Shown piece after piece: positions 21,836-32,387 of a stretch of 64,000 nt of DNA. The stretch spans positions 32,001-96,000 of the forward strand of contig CAWFCQ010000004.1 of the NCBI GenBank assembly GCA_963814375.1, written 5' to 3'. The stretch comes from an uncultured Chloroflexia bacterium. Lineage in GTDB: Bacteria > Chloroflexota > Limnocylindria > QHBO01. How positions within the stretch are numbered: position 1 is the first letter of the stretch; each line of letters starts with the position of its first letter. Made by a program: the position numbers and the translations under genes. The notes below the pieces were generated by a model that worked only from the letters and a program-made list of their open reading frames with translations, searched no databases and was not told the origin of the DNA.

Positions 21836-22567
21836 ATGTCATTCCTCAAGCGCAAGAAGCAGGACGCCCCGGCTCCACCACCGCCTGTTCCGGTCCAGGA
21901 AGAGGTGACGGCGCAGGAGTACGGGGTCCGCATCTCGCTCGTGGCGCGCAGCAGTGACGGCCTGCGCCTCCCGGCCGAGCCCGGCGCCGCCGCGGCGATA
22001 CCGGCCATCGTCGAGCCGCTCAGCCAGACGACGGTCGAGACAATCGAGCCGCTGCCGCTCGAGTTCTCCGACGCGTCACCCGCGGTCGACCGCTTCAACG
22101 AGCTCCAGCAGTGGGTGCTCACCCGCCGCGAGGTGAGCCCGATCGGGCGGCACGGGCTCTATGTCCTCGAGATGACCGATGCCCTCGACATGACGGTCGA
22201 CACCTTTGCCTGCGGGCTGCTCCACGGCGAGATCGATACCAGCGGCTATCCCGAGTACAACGCCATCGTCGGCGGGCTTGCGTCCCACTGGGATGAGCTG
22301 TCCGGCGAGCTCATCGTTCGCGCCGTCGTCGGCTGGGGCGGGAAGGGCCAGCGCGGTGACACCGATCGCATCGGTCACAAGCTGCTGAGCGCCCTCTACC
22401 AGCAGGTGCTGGCATCCGGGTACAGCCTGGGCGAGGCCGAGCAGGCGCGCCTGCCTTCGATCGGCGCCCGTTCCGGGCTGACCTGCGCCCACTGCGGGTA
22501 CGAGGCGGGCAACGCCAGCGCCTTCTACTGCCCGAAATGCGGCATGCGCATGGTCCGGGGAGCCTAG
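21836..22567 (+). CDS. Hypothetical protein with C-terminal zinc ribbon
   Basis: N-terminal MSFLKRKK and C-terminal CAHC...FYCPKCG. Confidence 0.75.
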   Translation: MSFLKRKKQDAPAPPPPVPVQEEVTAQEYGVRISLVARSSDGLRLPAEPGAAAAIPAIVEPLSQTTVETIEPLPLEFSDASPAVDRFNELQQWVLTRREVSPIGRHGLYVLEMTDALDMTVDTFACGLLHGEIDTSGYPEYNAIVGGLASHWDELSGELIVRAVVGWGGKGQRGDTDRIGHKLLSALYQQVLASGYSLGEAEQARLPSIGARSGLTCAHCGYEAGNASAFYCPKCGMRMVRGA

Positions 22568-22688
22568 GCAGCCGGTACTTTCGGGGTGGGCCGCAGCCCG
22601 CCCGAGTCCCATTGCCCGGGCCGTCCGTGCGCCGGACGATGGTGCCCAACGTCACCGCCCGGTGGCGTCGCATCGCGAAGGAACGGCA

Positions 22689-23906
22689 ATGGAGCGACCC
22701 ACCATTCTGCTCGCCGTCGGGGATGACCTCGACGAGTACGTCGACGCGCTCCAGCGCGCCGGGTTCGAGCCGCTGAGCGTCAACTCGACGCACGCCGAAG
22801 GCGCCCCGGCCATCGACCTCGCGGTGCTCGACTGCGACCTCCCCGCGGATGCGGTCCAGGCGGTGTACCAGCACGTCCACAACGGAACATCCACGCCGAC
22901 GCTGCTCATGGTCGGCGTGGACACACAGCTGCCCGACGGCGTCGGCTCGACCGGTGACGAGGTGGCGCTGAAGCCGATCCCGGCCGATGCGCTCGTCTAC
23001 CGGCTCCAGGCGCTCCTCATCCGGACCGGCCGCCACCTGCCGACCGAGTCGGGAGGCTGGGCCGCCGACGAGTCGCTCACATCGGCCCCGATGGCGGGCG
23101 AGGGCCACGTGGTCAGCGTCTTCGCGCCGAAGGGCGGCGTGGGCAAGACGACGATCGCCGTCAACACCGCCGTCGCGCTGCGCCAGCAGACGCGCGCGGA
23201 GGTCCTGCTGTTCGACGCCGATGTCGGCGTCGGGAACGTGACCTCAGTCCTCGACGTTCCGTACCGGATGGGCCTCGCCGATCTTGCGGACAGCCCTCCC
23301 GAGGAGTGGACCGACGCCGCGTTCGAGCACCTCGCCACGACCCACGCCGCCAGCGGCGTCAGAGTGCTCACCTGGGGAACCGAACCGGGCGAGTCGGAGC
23401 GGGTCACGGTCGACCTTCTGCTCGCGGGGCTGCGCTGGGCGAAGAACCACCATTCCTACGTGATCGTGGACAACCACCCGGGGTACGACGATCGCACGAT
23501 GGCGATGCTCGCGGTGTCCAACGAGATCTTCCTCGTGGTGACGCCCGAGGTCGGCGCACTGCGCAACAGCGCACAGTTCCTCGACCTCGCTCGCGAGCTC
23601 GGGCTCGGCGACGTCATCAAGGTCATCGTCAACCGCGCGAACCACGGCATCCGCGTCCAGGACATGGCGAGCTCGCTCGGGCTTCCGGTGTCCGCGACCG
23701 TGGTCAGCAACGGACCGAAGGCGGTCATCGCCTCGAATGAAGGGCACCCGGTCGTGACGAAGTATCCGCGCGAGAAGATGGCCGATGACCTCCACGCCGT
23801 GGCCCGGCTCATCTCCCAGCCAGGCACGACCGAGATGAAGACCTCCGACCCGCGCCAGACGCGGCGCTGGTGGGCCCGCTTCGGGGCGCGGACGTCCGAG
23901 GCCTGA
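22689..23906 (+). CDS. Receiver-domain MinD/ParA ATPase (CpaE/TadZ-like)
   Basis: Receiver-like N-terminus (DLAVLD, LKP), deviant Walker A KGGVGKTT, VIVD, IVNR, C-terminal amphipathic RRWWARFG. AAGGA RBS. Confidence 0.85.
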   Translation: MERPTILLAVGDDLDEYVDALQRAGFEPLSVNSTHAEGAPAIDLAVLDCDLPADAVQAVYQHVHNGTSTPTLLMVGVDTQLPDGVGSTGDEVALKPIPADALVYRLQALLIRTGRHLPTESGGWAADESLTSAPMAGEGHVVSVFAPKGGVGKTTIAVNTAVALRQQTRAEVLLFDADVGVGNVTSVLDVPYRMGLADLADSPPEEWTDAAFEHLATTHAASGVRVLTWGTEPGESERVTVDLLLAGLRWAKNHHSYVIVDNHPGYDDRTMAMLAVSNEIFLVVTPEVGALRNSAQFLDLARELGLGDVIKVIVNRANHGIRVQDMASSLGLPVSATVVSNGPKAVIASNEGHPVVTKYPREKMADDLHAVARLISQPGTTEMKTSDPRQTRRWWARFGARTSEA

Positions 23907-23974
23907 TTCAGCCGGGGTGGGGCTCGTCCGGTCGCATTGCGCGGCCGGACGAGCTTTGACATCATTCGCGCGCC

Positions 23975-24313
23975 GTGCCGACCTACGACTACCAGTGCCG
24001 CTCCTGCGGCTTGACCACCGAGGTGATCCACTCGATGCTCGAGGATGGCCCCGCCGTGTGCGAGGCCTGCGGTGGCGATCTCAGGCGCGTGCTCTTTCCC
24101 GCCGGCATCATCTTCAAGGGCTCCGGGTTCTATCGCAACGACGCGCGTTCCAACGGCAGCCCCGCACCGGATGCATCCAAGCAGGGGGGCTCGACCGCGT
24201 CTTCCCCGCCGAGCGAGAAGGGGAGCGACAAGGGGAGCGACAAGGGAAGGGACAAGGGGAGCGACAAGGGCAAGGGGGACTCGGGCTCGACGCCTGCCCC
24301 ATCCGCCGATTGA
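23975..24313 (+). CDS. FmdB-family zinc-ribbon protein
   Basis: MPTYDYQCRSCG...CEACGG...IIFKGSGFY..D signature with a low-complexity tail. Confidence 0.88.
   Translation: MPTYDYQCRSCGLTTEVIHSMLEDGPAVCEACGGDLRRVLFPAGIIFKGSGFYRNDARSNGSPAPDASKQGGSTASSPPSEKGSDKGSDKGRDKGSDKGKGDSGSTPAPSAD
24218..24280 (+). repeat. 12-bp coding tandem repeat (KGSD units)
   Basis: AAGGGGAGCGAC, about 5 imperfect copies encoding KGSDKGSDKGRDKGSDKGKGD. Confidence 0.8.
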
Positions 24314-24337
24314 GCTACGGCCGGGGTTGAGCTCGGA

Positions 24338-25840
24338 TCAGGCGGGCTGCGCCTGACGGGTTCCGCACCGCCGGCAGAAGCGCGCGGTCGCCGAAAGCGA
24401 CAGACCGCACTGGCCGCAGTTCTGGACGCCGACGTTGCCGACGGCGCTGGCGACCTCGCGGGCCGAAGCCTCCCAGAAGCTGGCGCTGTGTGCCATGCGA
24501 GCGGCGATCTCGGCCTGGCTTGCCGCGGCGCCGCGTGAGCGGTAGGGGAGGATCGCGGCGGGCTCGGCCTGGACGGCGCCCTCGTTCGCATCTCCGAGGC
24601 CCAGCAGGTCCAGCTGCGCCCGGCGGGCGGCGAGCTCCGGGGTGTCGACCTGGGCCGCTGCCGGCGCAGTCTCGGCCGGGGGTGGCGTCGGAGCCTGCTG
24701 CGGAAAGTGAAGGATCGTCTCGCTGACCGGCGCGATGCGCGGCGCCGCCACCGGCGAGGGAGCGGGTTCTGGCTCGGGCTCGACGGCGGCCGCGACCGGC
24801 TCTGGCTCCGGCTCGAGCTCGGCAATAACCGGCTCGGGCTCGACCTCGGCCACCACCGGCTCCGGTTCCGGCTCGACTTCAGCCACCACCGGCTCCGGCT
24901 CGGGCTCGACTTCGGCCACCACCGGCTCGGGCTCGACGTGGTAGGCGTCGTCAGCGTCCCAAGCCACGACGCGGAGTGGTGGCAGGACGGCTTCAGGCTC
25001 GGGCTCCGGCTCGACCTCGGCCACCATCGGCTCCGGCTCGGGCTCGACCTCGGCCACCATCGGCTCTGGCTCGGGCTCGACCTCGGCCACCATCGGCTCG
25101 GGCTCGGGCTCCGGCTCGACCTCGGCCACCATCGGCTCGGGCTCTGGCTCGGGCTCGACCTCGGCCACCATCGGCTCCGGCTCGGGCTCGACCTCGGCCA
25201 CCATCGGCTCCGGCTCGGGCTGCGCGGTCCACGGCTCGAGGGTGACCTCGGCCGCCGCCGGCGCCACGTCGTCGGGCGCATCGATCCGTGGAGAGTCGTA
25301 GACGAAGCCATCGGCACCGACGTAGGCGCCGGGAGCCACCGGCGCTTCGGTGCTGGGCCAGCCCTCGGGCGCATGGCCGTTCGTGGCTGACGGTAGCGGG
25401 AGGTCGGAGATCGGCCACGCCATGGGCGCACCGGAGTCCGCCTCGCCGATGAGCCCCGTCGGTTCGGCGAGCTGTGGCGGGGCTTCCGTGAGCGAGGCGG
25501 CAAGTCGCTCGGCGAGGTCGTCCGTGCCGGCGATCGGCGCGCAGCTGCGGCAGCGCCCGGAGCCGTCGTTCCAGCAGTTGACGCACGTGTACTGACGGCA
25601 GTCGATGCAGAAGTTGAACGACGAGTGGAAGGCTTCCAGCTGCGCCGTCGCGATGGCGCCTTCCTCCGCGCGCATCGCGTCGCCCATCGCGTCGGAGAGG
25701 GCGTCCTGGCTGGTCAGGTAGTTCTTGAGGCCGCCGACGAGGCCGCGCGTCTTGCGCAGCGGATTGAGGCGCGTCGGCGCCTTGAACTCGTAGCGCGTCC
25801 CGCAGCGCTCGCAGAATGACTCGGTAAGTGTGTCAGCCAA
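24338..25840 (-). CDS. Multi-zinc-ribbon protein with long Glu/Pro repeat linker
   Basis: N-terminal CERC, CIDC, CVNC, CRSC. C-terminal CGQC..FCRRCG. Central (M/V)[10 protein letters not shown] repeats. TTG start after GGGGGAG. Confidence 0.8.
   Translation of the reverse strand: MADTLTESFCERCGTRYEFKAPTRLNPLRKTRGLVGGLKNYLTSQDALSDAMGDAMRAEEGAIATAQLEAFHSSFNFCIDCRQYTCVNCWNDGSGRCRSCAPIAGTDDLAERLAASLTEAPPQLAEPTGLIGEADSGAPMAWPISDLPLPSATNGHAPEGWPSTEAPVAPGAYVGADGFVYDSPRIDAPDDVAPAAAEVTLEPWTAQPEPEPMVAEVEPEPEPMVAEVEPEPEPEPMVAEVEPEPEPEPMVAEVEPEPEPMVAEVEPEPEPMVAEVEPEPEPEAVLPPLRVVAWDADDAYHVEPEPVVAEVEPEPEPVVAEVEPEPEPVVAEVEPEPVIAELEPEPEPVAAAVEPEPEPAPSPVAAPRIAPVSETILHFPQQAPTPPPAETAPAAAQVDTPELAARRAQLDLLGLGDANEGAVQAEPAAILPYRSRGAAASQAEIAARMAHSASFWEASAREVASAVGNVGVQNCGQCGLSLSATARFCRRCGTRQAQPA
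24765..25220 (-). repeat. Coding tandem repeat of 27-39 bp units (xVAEV-EPEP)
   Basis: 6 MVAEV(EP)n units at about 24996-25220 and 5 VVAEV/VIAEL/VAAAV(EP)n units at about 24765-24937, separated by unique [19 protein letters not shown]. Confidence 0.9.
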
Positions 25841-25973
25841 TGGGTCTCATCTCCCCCCGATCGCGCCTTTGCGATCAGGGCAACGAAGTATAGCGACGGG
25901 GTCCAGAATCGACCCATCCGCCGATCGGGGCATGCAAAACGGCCGTTCGTACCCTGCGTGCTAGCATCGGCCG

Positions 25974-26729
25974 ATGGGCATCCTCTCGCGTGTCGAGGCC
26001 ATCCTCGAGCGCTTCATCGAGGCGCCGGCGGGCCGCCTGGGAGCCTCGATTCAGCCGGTCAGCCTCGCGAAGCGGATCGAGCGTGCGATGGACACGAACA
26101 AGACCTACGGCGACGTCGGGGTCATCGTGCCGAACCAGTACGACCTGCACCTGCACCCCTCCGACTTCGAGGCATTCGCCTCGTATCGCTCATCGCTGGA
26201 GGACGACCTCGCCCACGGCGTCCTCGCCCGGGCGCGTCACGAGCGATACACGCTCGTCGCTCGGCCGCGCGTGCAGATCCTCTCGGACGCCGAGACGCGG
26301 CGCGGGGAGATCCGGGTGGCGGCGAACGTGGTCGACGAGCGGGGCGGTCGGGTGCCGGAGGCCGCGCCGATGCCAACCAGCTCAGACACGATGGTCTTCG
26401 CTCGGCCGAGTGAAGAGGACGCGCCGGACTCGGCTCGCCGCGCGTTCCTGATGGTCAGCACGCGCGGCAGTCGATCCGTCCAGTTCGACCTCGGCGGGCC
26501 GCTGATCGGGATCGGACGTGCCAGCGACAACGACGTCATCGTCGACGACCCCATGGTCAGCCGGCATCATTGCCAGCTCAAGCTCCAGCACGGCGCTTAC
26601 GGCTTCACCGACCTGGGGAGCCGGAACGGCTCGACGGTCAACGGCCAGACGGTCAGCCAGATCGCCCTCGGTCCGGGAGACCTCATCCGCATCGGCGACA
26701 CCCAGATCGAGTTCCAGGTGCGGACTTGA
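25974..26729 (+). CDS. fhaA: FhaA-like protein (DUF3662 + FHA)
   Basis: IQPVSLAKRIERAMD..VPNQY N-domain and FHA motifs IGR, VSRHH, DLGSRNG. TAGCAT lies 6 nt before the ATG. Confidence 0.88.
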   Translation: MGILSRVEAILERFIEAPAGRLGASIQPVSLAKRIERAMDTNKTYGDVGVIVPNQYDLHLHPSDFEAFASYRSSLEDDLAHGVLARARHERYTLVARPRVQILSDAETRRGEIRVAANVVDERGGRVPEAAPMPTSSDTMVFARPSEEDAPDSARRAFLMVSTRGSRSVQFDLGGPLIGIGRASDNDVIVDDPMVSRHHCQLKLQHGAYGFTDLGSRNGSTVNGQTVSQIALGPGDLIRIGDTQIEFQVRT

Positions 26730-27169
26730 CGGGCGACATCCTGCGGATCCTGCTCCTGCTCCTCCAGCTCGGCTTCGTCGCCCTCCTCTACCTCGTCCTC
26801 ATGCGGTTCGCGGGATCGCTCATGCGCGACCTGCGGAACGCCGAGCAGGCGCAGATCGCGTCGCGCACGGGGATCGGCCGCCTCTCGGTTCTCGAGTCGC
26901 CCGATGACGAGCCACCGGCTGGCGTCGCGATCGCGCTCGGTCCCATCAACTCGATCGGGCGCAACGTCAACAACACGATCTACGTCGAGGACGACTTCGT
27001 CAGCGCGAGCCACGCGATGCTGACCTTTCGCGGCCGCAGCTGGTTCGTCGAGGACCAGGGCAGCACCAACGGGACCTATGTGAACGGCCACCGCATCGAC
27101 CGGCCCGTGGCGCTCAGCTTCGGCGACGAGCTGACGATCGGCCGGGTTCGCATGCGGCTCGACCGTTGA
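26726..27169 (+). CDS. FhaB/FipA-like membrane-anchored FHA protein
   Basis: N-terminal TM LQLGFVALLYL..RDL and FHA motifs IGR, VSASHA, DQGSTNGT. TTGA overlap with the upstream gene. Confidence 0.85.
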   Translation: MTGDILRILLLLLQLGFVALLYLVLMRFAGSLMRDLRNAEQAQIASRTGIGRLSVLESPDDEPPAGVAIALGPINSIGRNVNNTIYVEDDFVSASHAMLTFRGRSWFVEDQGSTNGTYVNGHRIDRPVALSFGDELTIGRVRMRLDR

Positions 27170-27185
27170 CCGTCATGCCAGCCTG

Positions 27186-28523
27186 ATGCGAGTCGCCTGG
27201 CGCGGGGTCGAGCTCCGCTTGCTGCTGCCCCTGCTCCTGCTCGTGCCGCTCGGCTTTGCCGTCACGCACATCGCGGTGACCGGCACCTTCGAGCCCGGCC
27301 CGCTTGGGCTGGCGATCGGCTTCGTCACGATGTTCATCGGCGCGCACCTCCTGCTCGTCGCCTTCGGGCACCGCGGCGACCAGCTCCTCCTCCCGGCGGT
27401 CGCTGCGATGGGGGCCGTTGGGCTCGTCATGCTCAACCGCCTGCCGCAGGACCTGGCCGGCACCAGCGCGTTCGGCATCGAGCTCGACATGGCCGCCACG
27501 CAGCTGCTCTGGTTCGGTGTAGGGCTGGTCACGATGCTCGCGATCGCCATCGGCCTTCGCGACGACGGCGTCCTGCGTCACTACAAGTACACCTGGGCCG
27601 CGATCGGCATCCTCCTGCTGGCCGCGACACTTCTCTTCGGCTACGAGGTCAACGGCGCGAGGCTCTGGATCGATCTCGGCGCCGTCAGCGTGCAGCCCGG
27701 CGAGTTCCTGAAGATCGTCCTTGTCATCTTCATCGCCGGCTACCTGGCCGAGACGCGAACGCTGCTGACCAGCGCCCGCCTGCGCATCGGGTTCCTCTCG
27801 ATCCCGCCGTTGCCGTACTTCCTGCCGATGCTCGGTTTGCTGGCCGTCGTCATGCTCATCGTCGTCCGCCTCAACGACCTCGGCACCGCGCTCCTCTTCT
27901 TCGGCATCTTCCTGACGATGCTGTTCGTCGCCACTGGCCGGCGGAGCTACGTCCTGATCGGGCTCATCCTGTTCCTGGCCGCCTCCTTCGTGGCCTACCA
28001 GCTCTTCGCCCACGTCCAGGCGCGCGTCGACGTGTGGCTCGACCCCTTCGCCGACCCGCTCGGCGCCGGATTCCAGCCGGTTCGCGCGCTGTACGCGCTC
28101 GGGCGTGGCGGCCTCTTCGGCGAGGGCCTCGGACAGGGACTCGTGACGCTCGGTGGCGACCTGACGATCCCGTTCGTGCACACCGACTTCATCTTCACCG
28201 CTATCGCCGAGGAGCTCGGGCTGCTCGGGGCCCTGGCCCTGCTGGGCTTTGCCGCCGTGCTCGTCTTCCGCGGCCTTCGCATCGCCGCGCTGGCGCGCGA
28301 CGACTTCAGCGGCCTGCTGGCGGTGGGGCTGACGGCGAGCCTGGGACTCCAGACGCTGATCATCATCGGTGGCAACACGAAGCTCATCCCGCTGACCGGG
28401 ATCACGCTGCCGTTCGTCAGCTATGGCGGGTCGAGCGTCCTCGCCAGCTTCATCATGGTCGGTCTCCTCCTGGCGACCAGCCATCGCAGCGCCATCGGCG
28501 CCGATGCCGAGCCCGACGCGTGA
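27186..28523 (+). CDS. rodA: SEDS family peptidoglycan glycosyltransferase (RodA/FtsW)
   Basis: NGARLWI, VQPGEFLK, DLGTA, HTDFIF..IAEELG, PLTGITLPFVSYGGSS. Confidence 0.92.
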   Translation: MRVAWRGVELRLLLPLLLLVPLGFAVTHIAVTGTFEPGPLGLAIGFVTMFIGAHLLLVAFGHRGDQLLLPAVAAMGAVGLVMLNRLPQDLAGTSAFGIELDMAATQLLWFGVGLVTMLAIAIGLRDDGVLRHYKYTWAAIGILLLAATLLFGYEVNGARLWIDLGAVSVQPGEFLKIVLVIFIAGYLAETRTLLTSARLRIGFLSIPPLPYFLPMLGLLAVVMLIVVRLNDLGTALLFFGIFLTMLFVATGRRSYVLIGLILFLAASFVAYQLFAHVQARVDVWLDPFADPLGAGFQPVRALYALGRGGLFGEGLGQGLVTLGGDLTIPFVHTDFIFTAIAEELGLLGALALLGFAAVLVFRGLRIAALARDDFSGLLAVGLTASLGLQTLIIIGGNTKLIPLTGITLPFVSYGGSSVLASFIMVGLLLATSHRSAIGADAEPDA

Positions 28524-30061
28524 TCGCAACCAACGTCCGTCGCCTCGGCTTCTACATGATGCTGGCCTTCGCTCTCGTCTCGGTCAGCGTCGTGTGGTGG
28601 CAGGTGATCGAGGCGCCGCAGCTCGCGACCCGGCCCGACAACCCGGAGGTGATCGCCGCTCGCCAGAGCCTGCCGCGCGGCACGATCTTCGACGCGGCGG
28701 GAACCGTGCTCGCCAGCTCGGAGGTAATCGACGGCCTGAGCCTGCGCACGTACACCGACACGGCCTTCACCCACGTCATCGGCTACTCGAGCCTGCGCTT
28801 CGGCAGCACCGGGGTCGAGCGGGCGTTCGAGGACATCCTCGTGGGGCAGACCGATCCCAATCCGATTCGCGACCTCGTTTCCGACATCCTCGATCGCCAG
28901 CCGCAGCCACGCGACGTGACCCTGACGATCGATCAGCGTCTCCAGGACTACGCTGCCGCCGAGCTCGGTACGGACAAGGGAGCGGTGGTCGCGCTCGATC
29001 CGGCCACCGGCGAGATCCTGGCCATGGTCTCCACGCCGACCTACGACGCGACGGCGATCTCGGGACCTCCTCAAGCCGCGCAGGCACCGATGGACGCGCT
29101 GCGCAACGACCCGGCCGAGCCCCTCCTTCCGCGCGATCGGCTCGGGCTGTACGTTCCCGGCTCGATCATGAAGGTCTTCACCGCCGCCTCCGGCCTGGAT
29201 GCCGGCGTCATCACGCCGGAGACCACCTTCGAGGACCAGCCGCGCGAGGAGCTCGAGGGCATGATCGTCGACGGGTTCCCCATCCTCGAGCACGACCTCG
29301 CCGGCATCCAGCCGGCGCTCTGGCCCCTCTCGGAGGCGCTCCAGATCTCGAGCAACATCTTCTTCGCCCACGTCGGGCTCGAGCTCGGCCAGGAGCGCTT
29401 CCTGGAGTGGGCCCGGCGCTTCGGCTTCTGCGCTCCGATGGAGATCGGCCCGCCAGGTCGCGCCCTGGGCGTCGCGGCGAGCTTCGTGACCGAGCGCCAG
29501 GACGGCGACTGCGGGCCGTTCAGCGGCGACGTCGAGCTGGCCACCGCATCCTTCGGGCAGGGATCGACGGTGGTGACGCCGTTCCAGATGGCGATGGTGG
29601 CCGCAGCGGTGGCGGGCGATGGAGTCATGCCCAACGCGTTCGTCGTGCGCGATGTCAGACCCCACACCGACGACGGCTCGCCCAGCGACACGGTGCTCGA
29701 GACCTTCGCTTCGGGCGGTGGGACCCGGGTCATCAGCAGCGAGGCTGCGCGACAGACCCGCGCCGCCATGTTCGACGCGGTCAACGGCCCGCTCGGTCGC
29801 CCCTACGCCGGCCAGGCCGACGTCACCCTCTACGGGATCAGCAACGCCCGTTCGGCAGGAAAGACCGGCACCGCGCAGCTCGGTGGCGAGCAGGCTCCGC
29901 ACTCGTGGTTCATCGGCTTCGCACCGGCCGAGGCGGAGGCGACGCCGTCGATCGCGATCGCCGTCCTGGTGGAGAGCGGCGGATCAGGCTCCGGACGCGC
30001 CGCGCCGATCGCCGGTCGCGTCATGGCCGAGTGGCTGCGACTGAGCGCGGCCGGCGGCTGA
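28520..30061 (+). CDS. pbpA: Class B penicillin-binding protein (PbpA-like)
   Basis: N-terminal [22 protein letters not shown] (SxxK), SSN (SxN), GKTGTAQ. Confidence 0.9.
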   Translation: MIATNVRRLGFYMMLAFALVSVSVVWWQVIEAPQLATRPDNPEVIAARQSLPRGTIFDAAGTVLASSEVIDGLSLRTYTDTAFTHVIGYSSLRFGSTGVERAFEDILVGQTDPNPIRDLVSDILDRQPQPRDVTLTIDQRLQDYAAAELGTDKGAVVALDPATGEILAMVSTPTYDATAISGPPQAAQAPMDALRNDPAEPLLPRDRLGLYVPGSIMKVFTAASGLDAGVITPETTFEDQPREELEGMIVDGFPILEHDLAGIQPALWPLSEALQISSNIFFAHVGLELGQERFLEWARRFGFCAPMEIGPPGRALGVAASFVTERQDGDCGPFSGDVELATASFGQGSTVVTPFQMAMVAAAVAGDGVMPNAFVVRDVRPHTDDGSPSDTVLETFASGGGTRVISSEAARQTRAAMFDAVNGPLGRPYAGQADVTLYGISNARSAGKTGTAQLGGEQAPHSWFIGFAPAEAEATPSIAIAVLVESGGSGSGRAAPIAGRVMAEWLRLSAAGG

Positions 30062-30167
30062 CTCCAGGATCGCGCTGAACCAGTCAGTAACGCGCTGGGG
30101 TATTGTCTTCGACGACCCGGGCCCGAGAGGCGGTGCCCAACGCACCGATAGGGGAGATCGCCACACC

Positions 30168-31142
30168 GTGAAGAACGTCCAGCAGCCCGCCGAGCGCGTC
30201 GTCGCCAGCGTCGAGCGCGTCATCGTCGGGAAGCACTCCGAGGTGCGCATGGCGCTCGTGGCGCTGCTGTGCGAGGGCCACATCCTGATCGAGGACGTTC
30301 CCGGCGTCGGCAAGACGATGCTGGCGAAGGCGATGAGCCAGAGCATCGGATGCAGCTTCCGCCGCATCCAGTTCACTCCCGACCTGCTGCCGTCCGACGT
30401 GACCGGCCTGTCGATCTTCAACCAGAAGACCCACGAGTTCGAGTTCCGGCCCGGGCCGATCATGGCCCAGGTCGTCCTCGCCGACGAGATCAACCGCGCC
30501 ACGCCGAAGACGCAGAGCGCGCTTCTCGAGTGCATGGAGGAGCGCCAGGCCACGATCGACGGCGTGACCTATCCGATGCCGGCGCCGTTCCTCGTGATCG
30601 CCACCCAGAACCCGATCGAGTACGAAGGCACCTTCGCCCTTCCGGAGGCGCAGCTCGATCGCTTCATGCTCCGGCTCCGTCTCGGCTACCCGAAGGCGAT
30701 GGAGGAGATCGTCATCCTCGATGAGCAGAAGCGCCGCCACCCGCTCGGGGAGGTCACCCAGGTCCTCGGTCTCGAGGAGCTGCGCGAGATGCAGTCCGCC
30801 ATCAAGGAGGTGTACGTCGACCAGGCCGTGGCCGAGTACATCGTCCGGCTCGTCCACGCCACGCGCGACCATCCCGACGTATACCTCGGCGCGTCGCCCC
30901 GCGGCTCACTGAACCTGTACCGCTCGGGCCAGGCCTATGCGGCCCTGGCGGGCAGGGACTACGTCATCCCCGATGACGTGAAGCACCTGGCGGTGGCCGT
31001 CCTGGCCCACCGCCTCATCGTGAAGAGCCAGGCATCGCTGCGCGAGGTCGACCCGGAGCAGATCGTCCGCGAGATCCTGGCATCGGTGCCGGTCGCGGAG
31101 GCCGCGGCCGCGGCGGAGACGAATCGCGCCGAGATCTCCTGA
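30168..31142 (+). CDS. moxR: MoxR-family AAA+ ATPase
   Basis: [48 protein letters not shown]. Confidence 0.95.
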   Translation: MKNVQQPAERVVASVERVIVGKHSEVRMALVALLCEGHILIEDVPGVGKTMLAKAMSQSIGCSFRRIQFTPDLLPSDVTGLSIFNQKTHEFEFRPGPIMAQVVLADEINRATPKTQSALLECMEERQATIDGVTYPMPAPFLVIATQNPIEYEGTFALPEAQLDRFMLRLRLGYPKAMEEIVILDEQKRRHPLGEVTQVLGLEELREMQSAIKEVYVDQAVAEYIVRLVHATRDHPDVYLGASPRGSLNLYRSGQAYAALAGRDYVIPDDVKHLAVAVLAHRLIVKSQASLREVDPEQIVREILASVPVAEAAAAAETNRAEIS

Positions 31143-31148
31143 CCCTCG

Positions 31149-32387
31149 ATGGCCATCTTCGGCAAGCACCTCCGTCTCCTCTTTCTCGGTACCGCGCTGG
31201 TCGTCGCCGCCTTCAGCACGGGGCTCAGCTTTCTCTTCTTCCTCGTCTACCTGAGCGCGGGCATCCTCATCGGCGCCTGGCTCTACGCCCGCCGCGGGCT
31301 GCGCGGCGTGCGCGCCGACTACCGGGTCCTCAACCCGCGAACGCACGTCGGTGAGGTGCTCCAGGCGATGTACCGCGTGGAGAACCACGATCGCCTTGGC
31401 AAGGTCTGGGTCGAGCTGTCGAACGAGTCGACGCTGCCGACGAGCCTCCCCGGGCGAGTCGTCGGCATTCCGGCGCGTGGGACGCGGCAGTGGCTGGCGA
31501 AGGTGACGCTGACACGGCGCGGCAGCTACCGCTTCGGCGCGCTCCGGGTTCGGACCGGCGATCCGTTCGGGCTGTTCACGAGCGAGATGATGGTCGGCCA
31601 GCCGACCAGCGTGGTCGTCTTCCCCGAAGTCGTCCCGCTGCCGCACTGGCGCCTCCCGCCTTCGCCGATCGACGGCACGACTCGCGTGCGACGCCGCTAC
31701 GAGGCCGCCACGCCATTGGTGAGCGGCGTGCGGCCCTACGTCTACGGCGACGCCATCAACCGCATTCACTGGCTGTCGAGCGCACGCCACGATGAGCTCC
31801 ACGTCAAGGAGTTCGACCTCGAGCAGGCCGCGGACCTGTGGATCGCGCTGGATCTCGATCGTGCCGTCCACGCCGGCATCGGGACCGATGCGTCGGTGGA
31901 GGCGGCGGTGACCATTGCCGCGTCGGTGGCCATGCGCACCCTCGCCGACAACCGCTCGGTCGCGATGACCGCGTCCGCTCGACGGATGCAGGTTCATCAG
32001 CCGGACCGCGGGCCGCGCGTCGAGCAGAAGTTGCTGCACCTGCTGGCCAACGTCCAGGCCGACGGCTCGCATCCGCTGGCCGAGGTCATCAGCGCCACCC
32101 TGCCGCAGCTGCGCCGCGGCGTGACCCTGTGCATCATCACCGGCTCGACCGACCGCACCTGGGTGCGCGGGCTCGCCGCCCTCCGCAGGCGCGGCGTGGC
32201 GGCTCTCGTCATCCTCCTCGACCGCGCCTCGTACATCGGCGTCGATCCCGACGACCACTCGCGCGCCGAGCTGGCGGCGGTCCGCCACGCGCTGGCCGAG
32301 TACGACATCGAGCATCGCCTGGTGCGCCGCGGCGACGACATCGCCGACGCCATCGGCGGCCGCGTCCGGATGCGCGCCAGTGCCTGA
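31149..32387 (+). CDS. DUF58 domain protein
   Basis: RGSY, DPFGLF, VRPYVYGD...RIHW..SAR, VKEF. Follows moxR. Confidence 0.9.
   Translation: MAIFGKHLRLLFLGTALVVAAFSTGLSFLFFLVYLSAGILIGAWLYARRGLRGVRADYRVLNPRTHVGEVLQAMYRVENHDRLGKVWVELSNESTLPTSLPGRVVGIPARGTRQWLAKVTLTRRGSYRFGALRVRTGDPFGLFTSEMMVGQPTSVVVFPEVVPLPHWRLPPSPIDGTTRVRRRYEAATPLVSGVRPYVYGDAINRIHWLSSARHDELHVKEFDLEQAADLWIALDLDRAVHAGIGTDASVEAAVTIAASVAMRTLADNRSVAMTASARRMQVHQPDRGPRVEQKLLHLLANVQADGSHPLAEVISATLPQLRRGVTLCIITGSTDRTWVRGLAALRRRGVAALVILLDRASYIGVDPDDHSRAELAAVRHALAEYDIEHRLVRRGDDIADAIGGRVRMRASA

Noticed and set aside
24218-24280. G-tract repeat as a functional G-quadruplex
   Set aside because: It is explained by a low-complexity KGSD peptide tail, several loops are long, and there is no independent support.
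24765-25220. Regular repeats that could be mistaken for a CRISPR array
   Set aside because: Units are contiguous, multiples of 3 and in frame within a protein. There are no unique spacers or cas genes.
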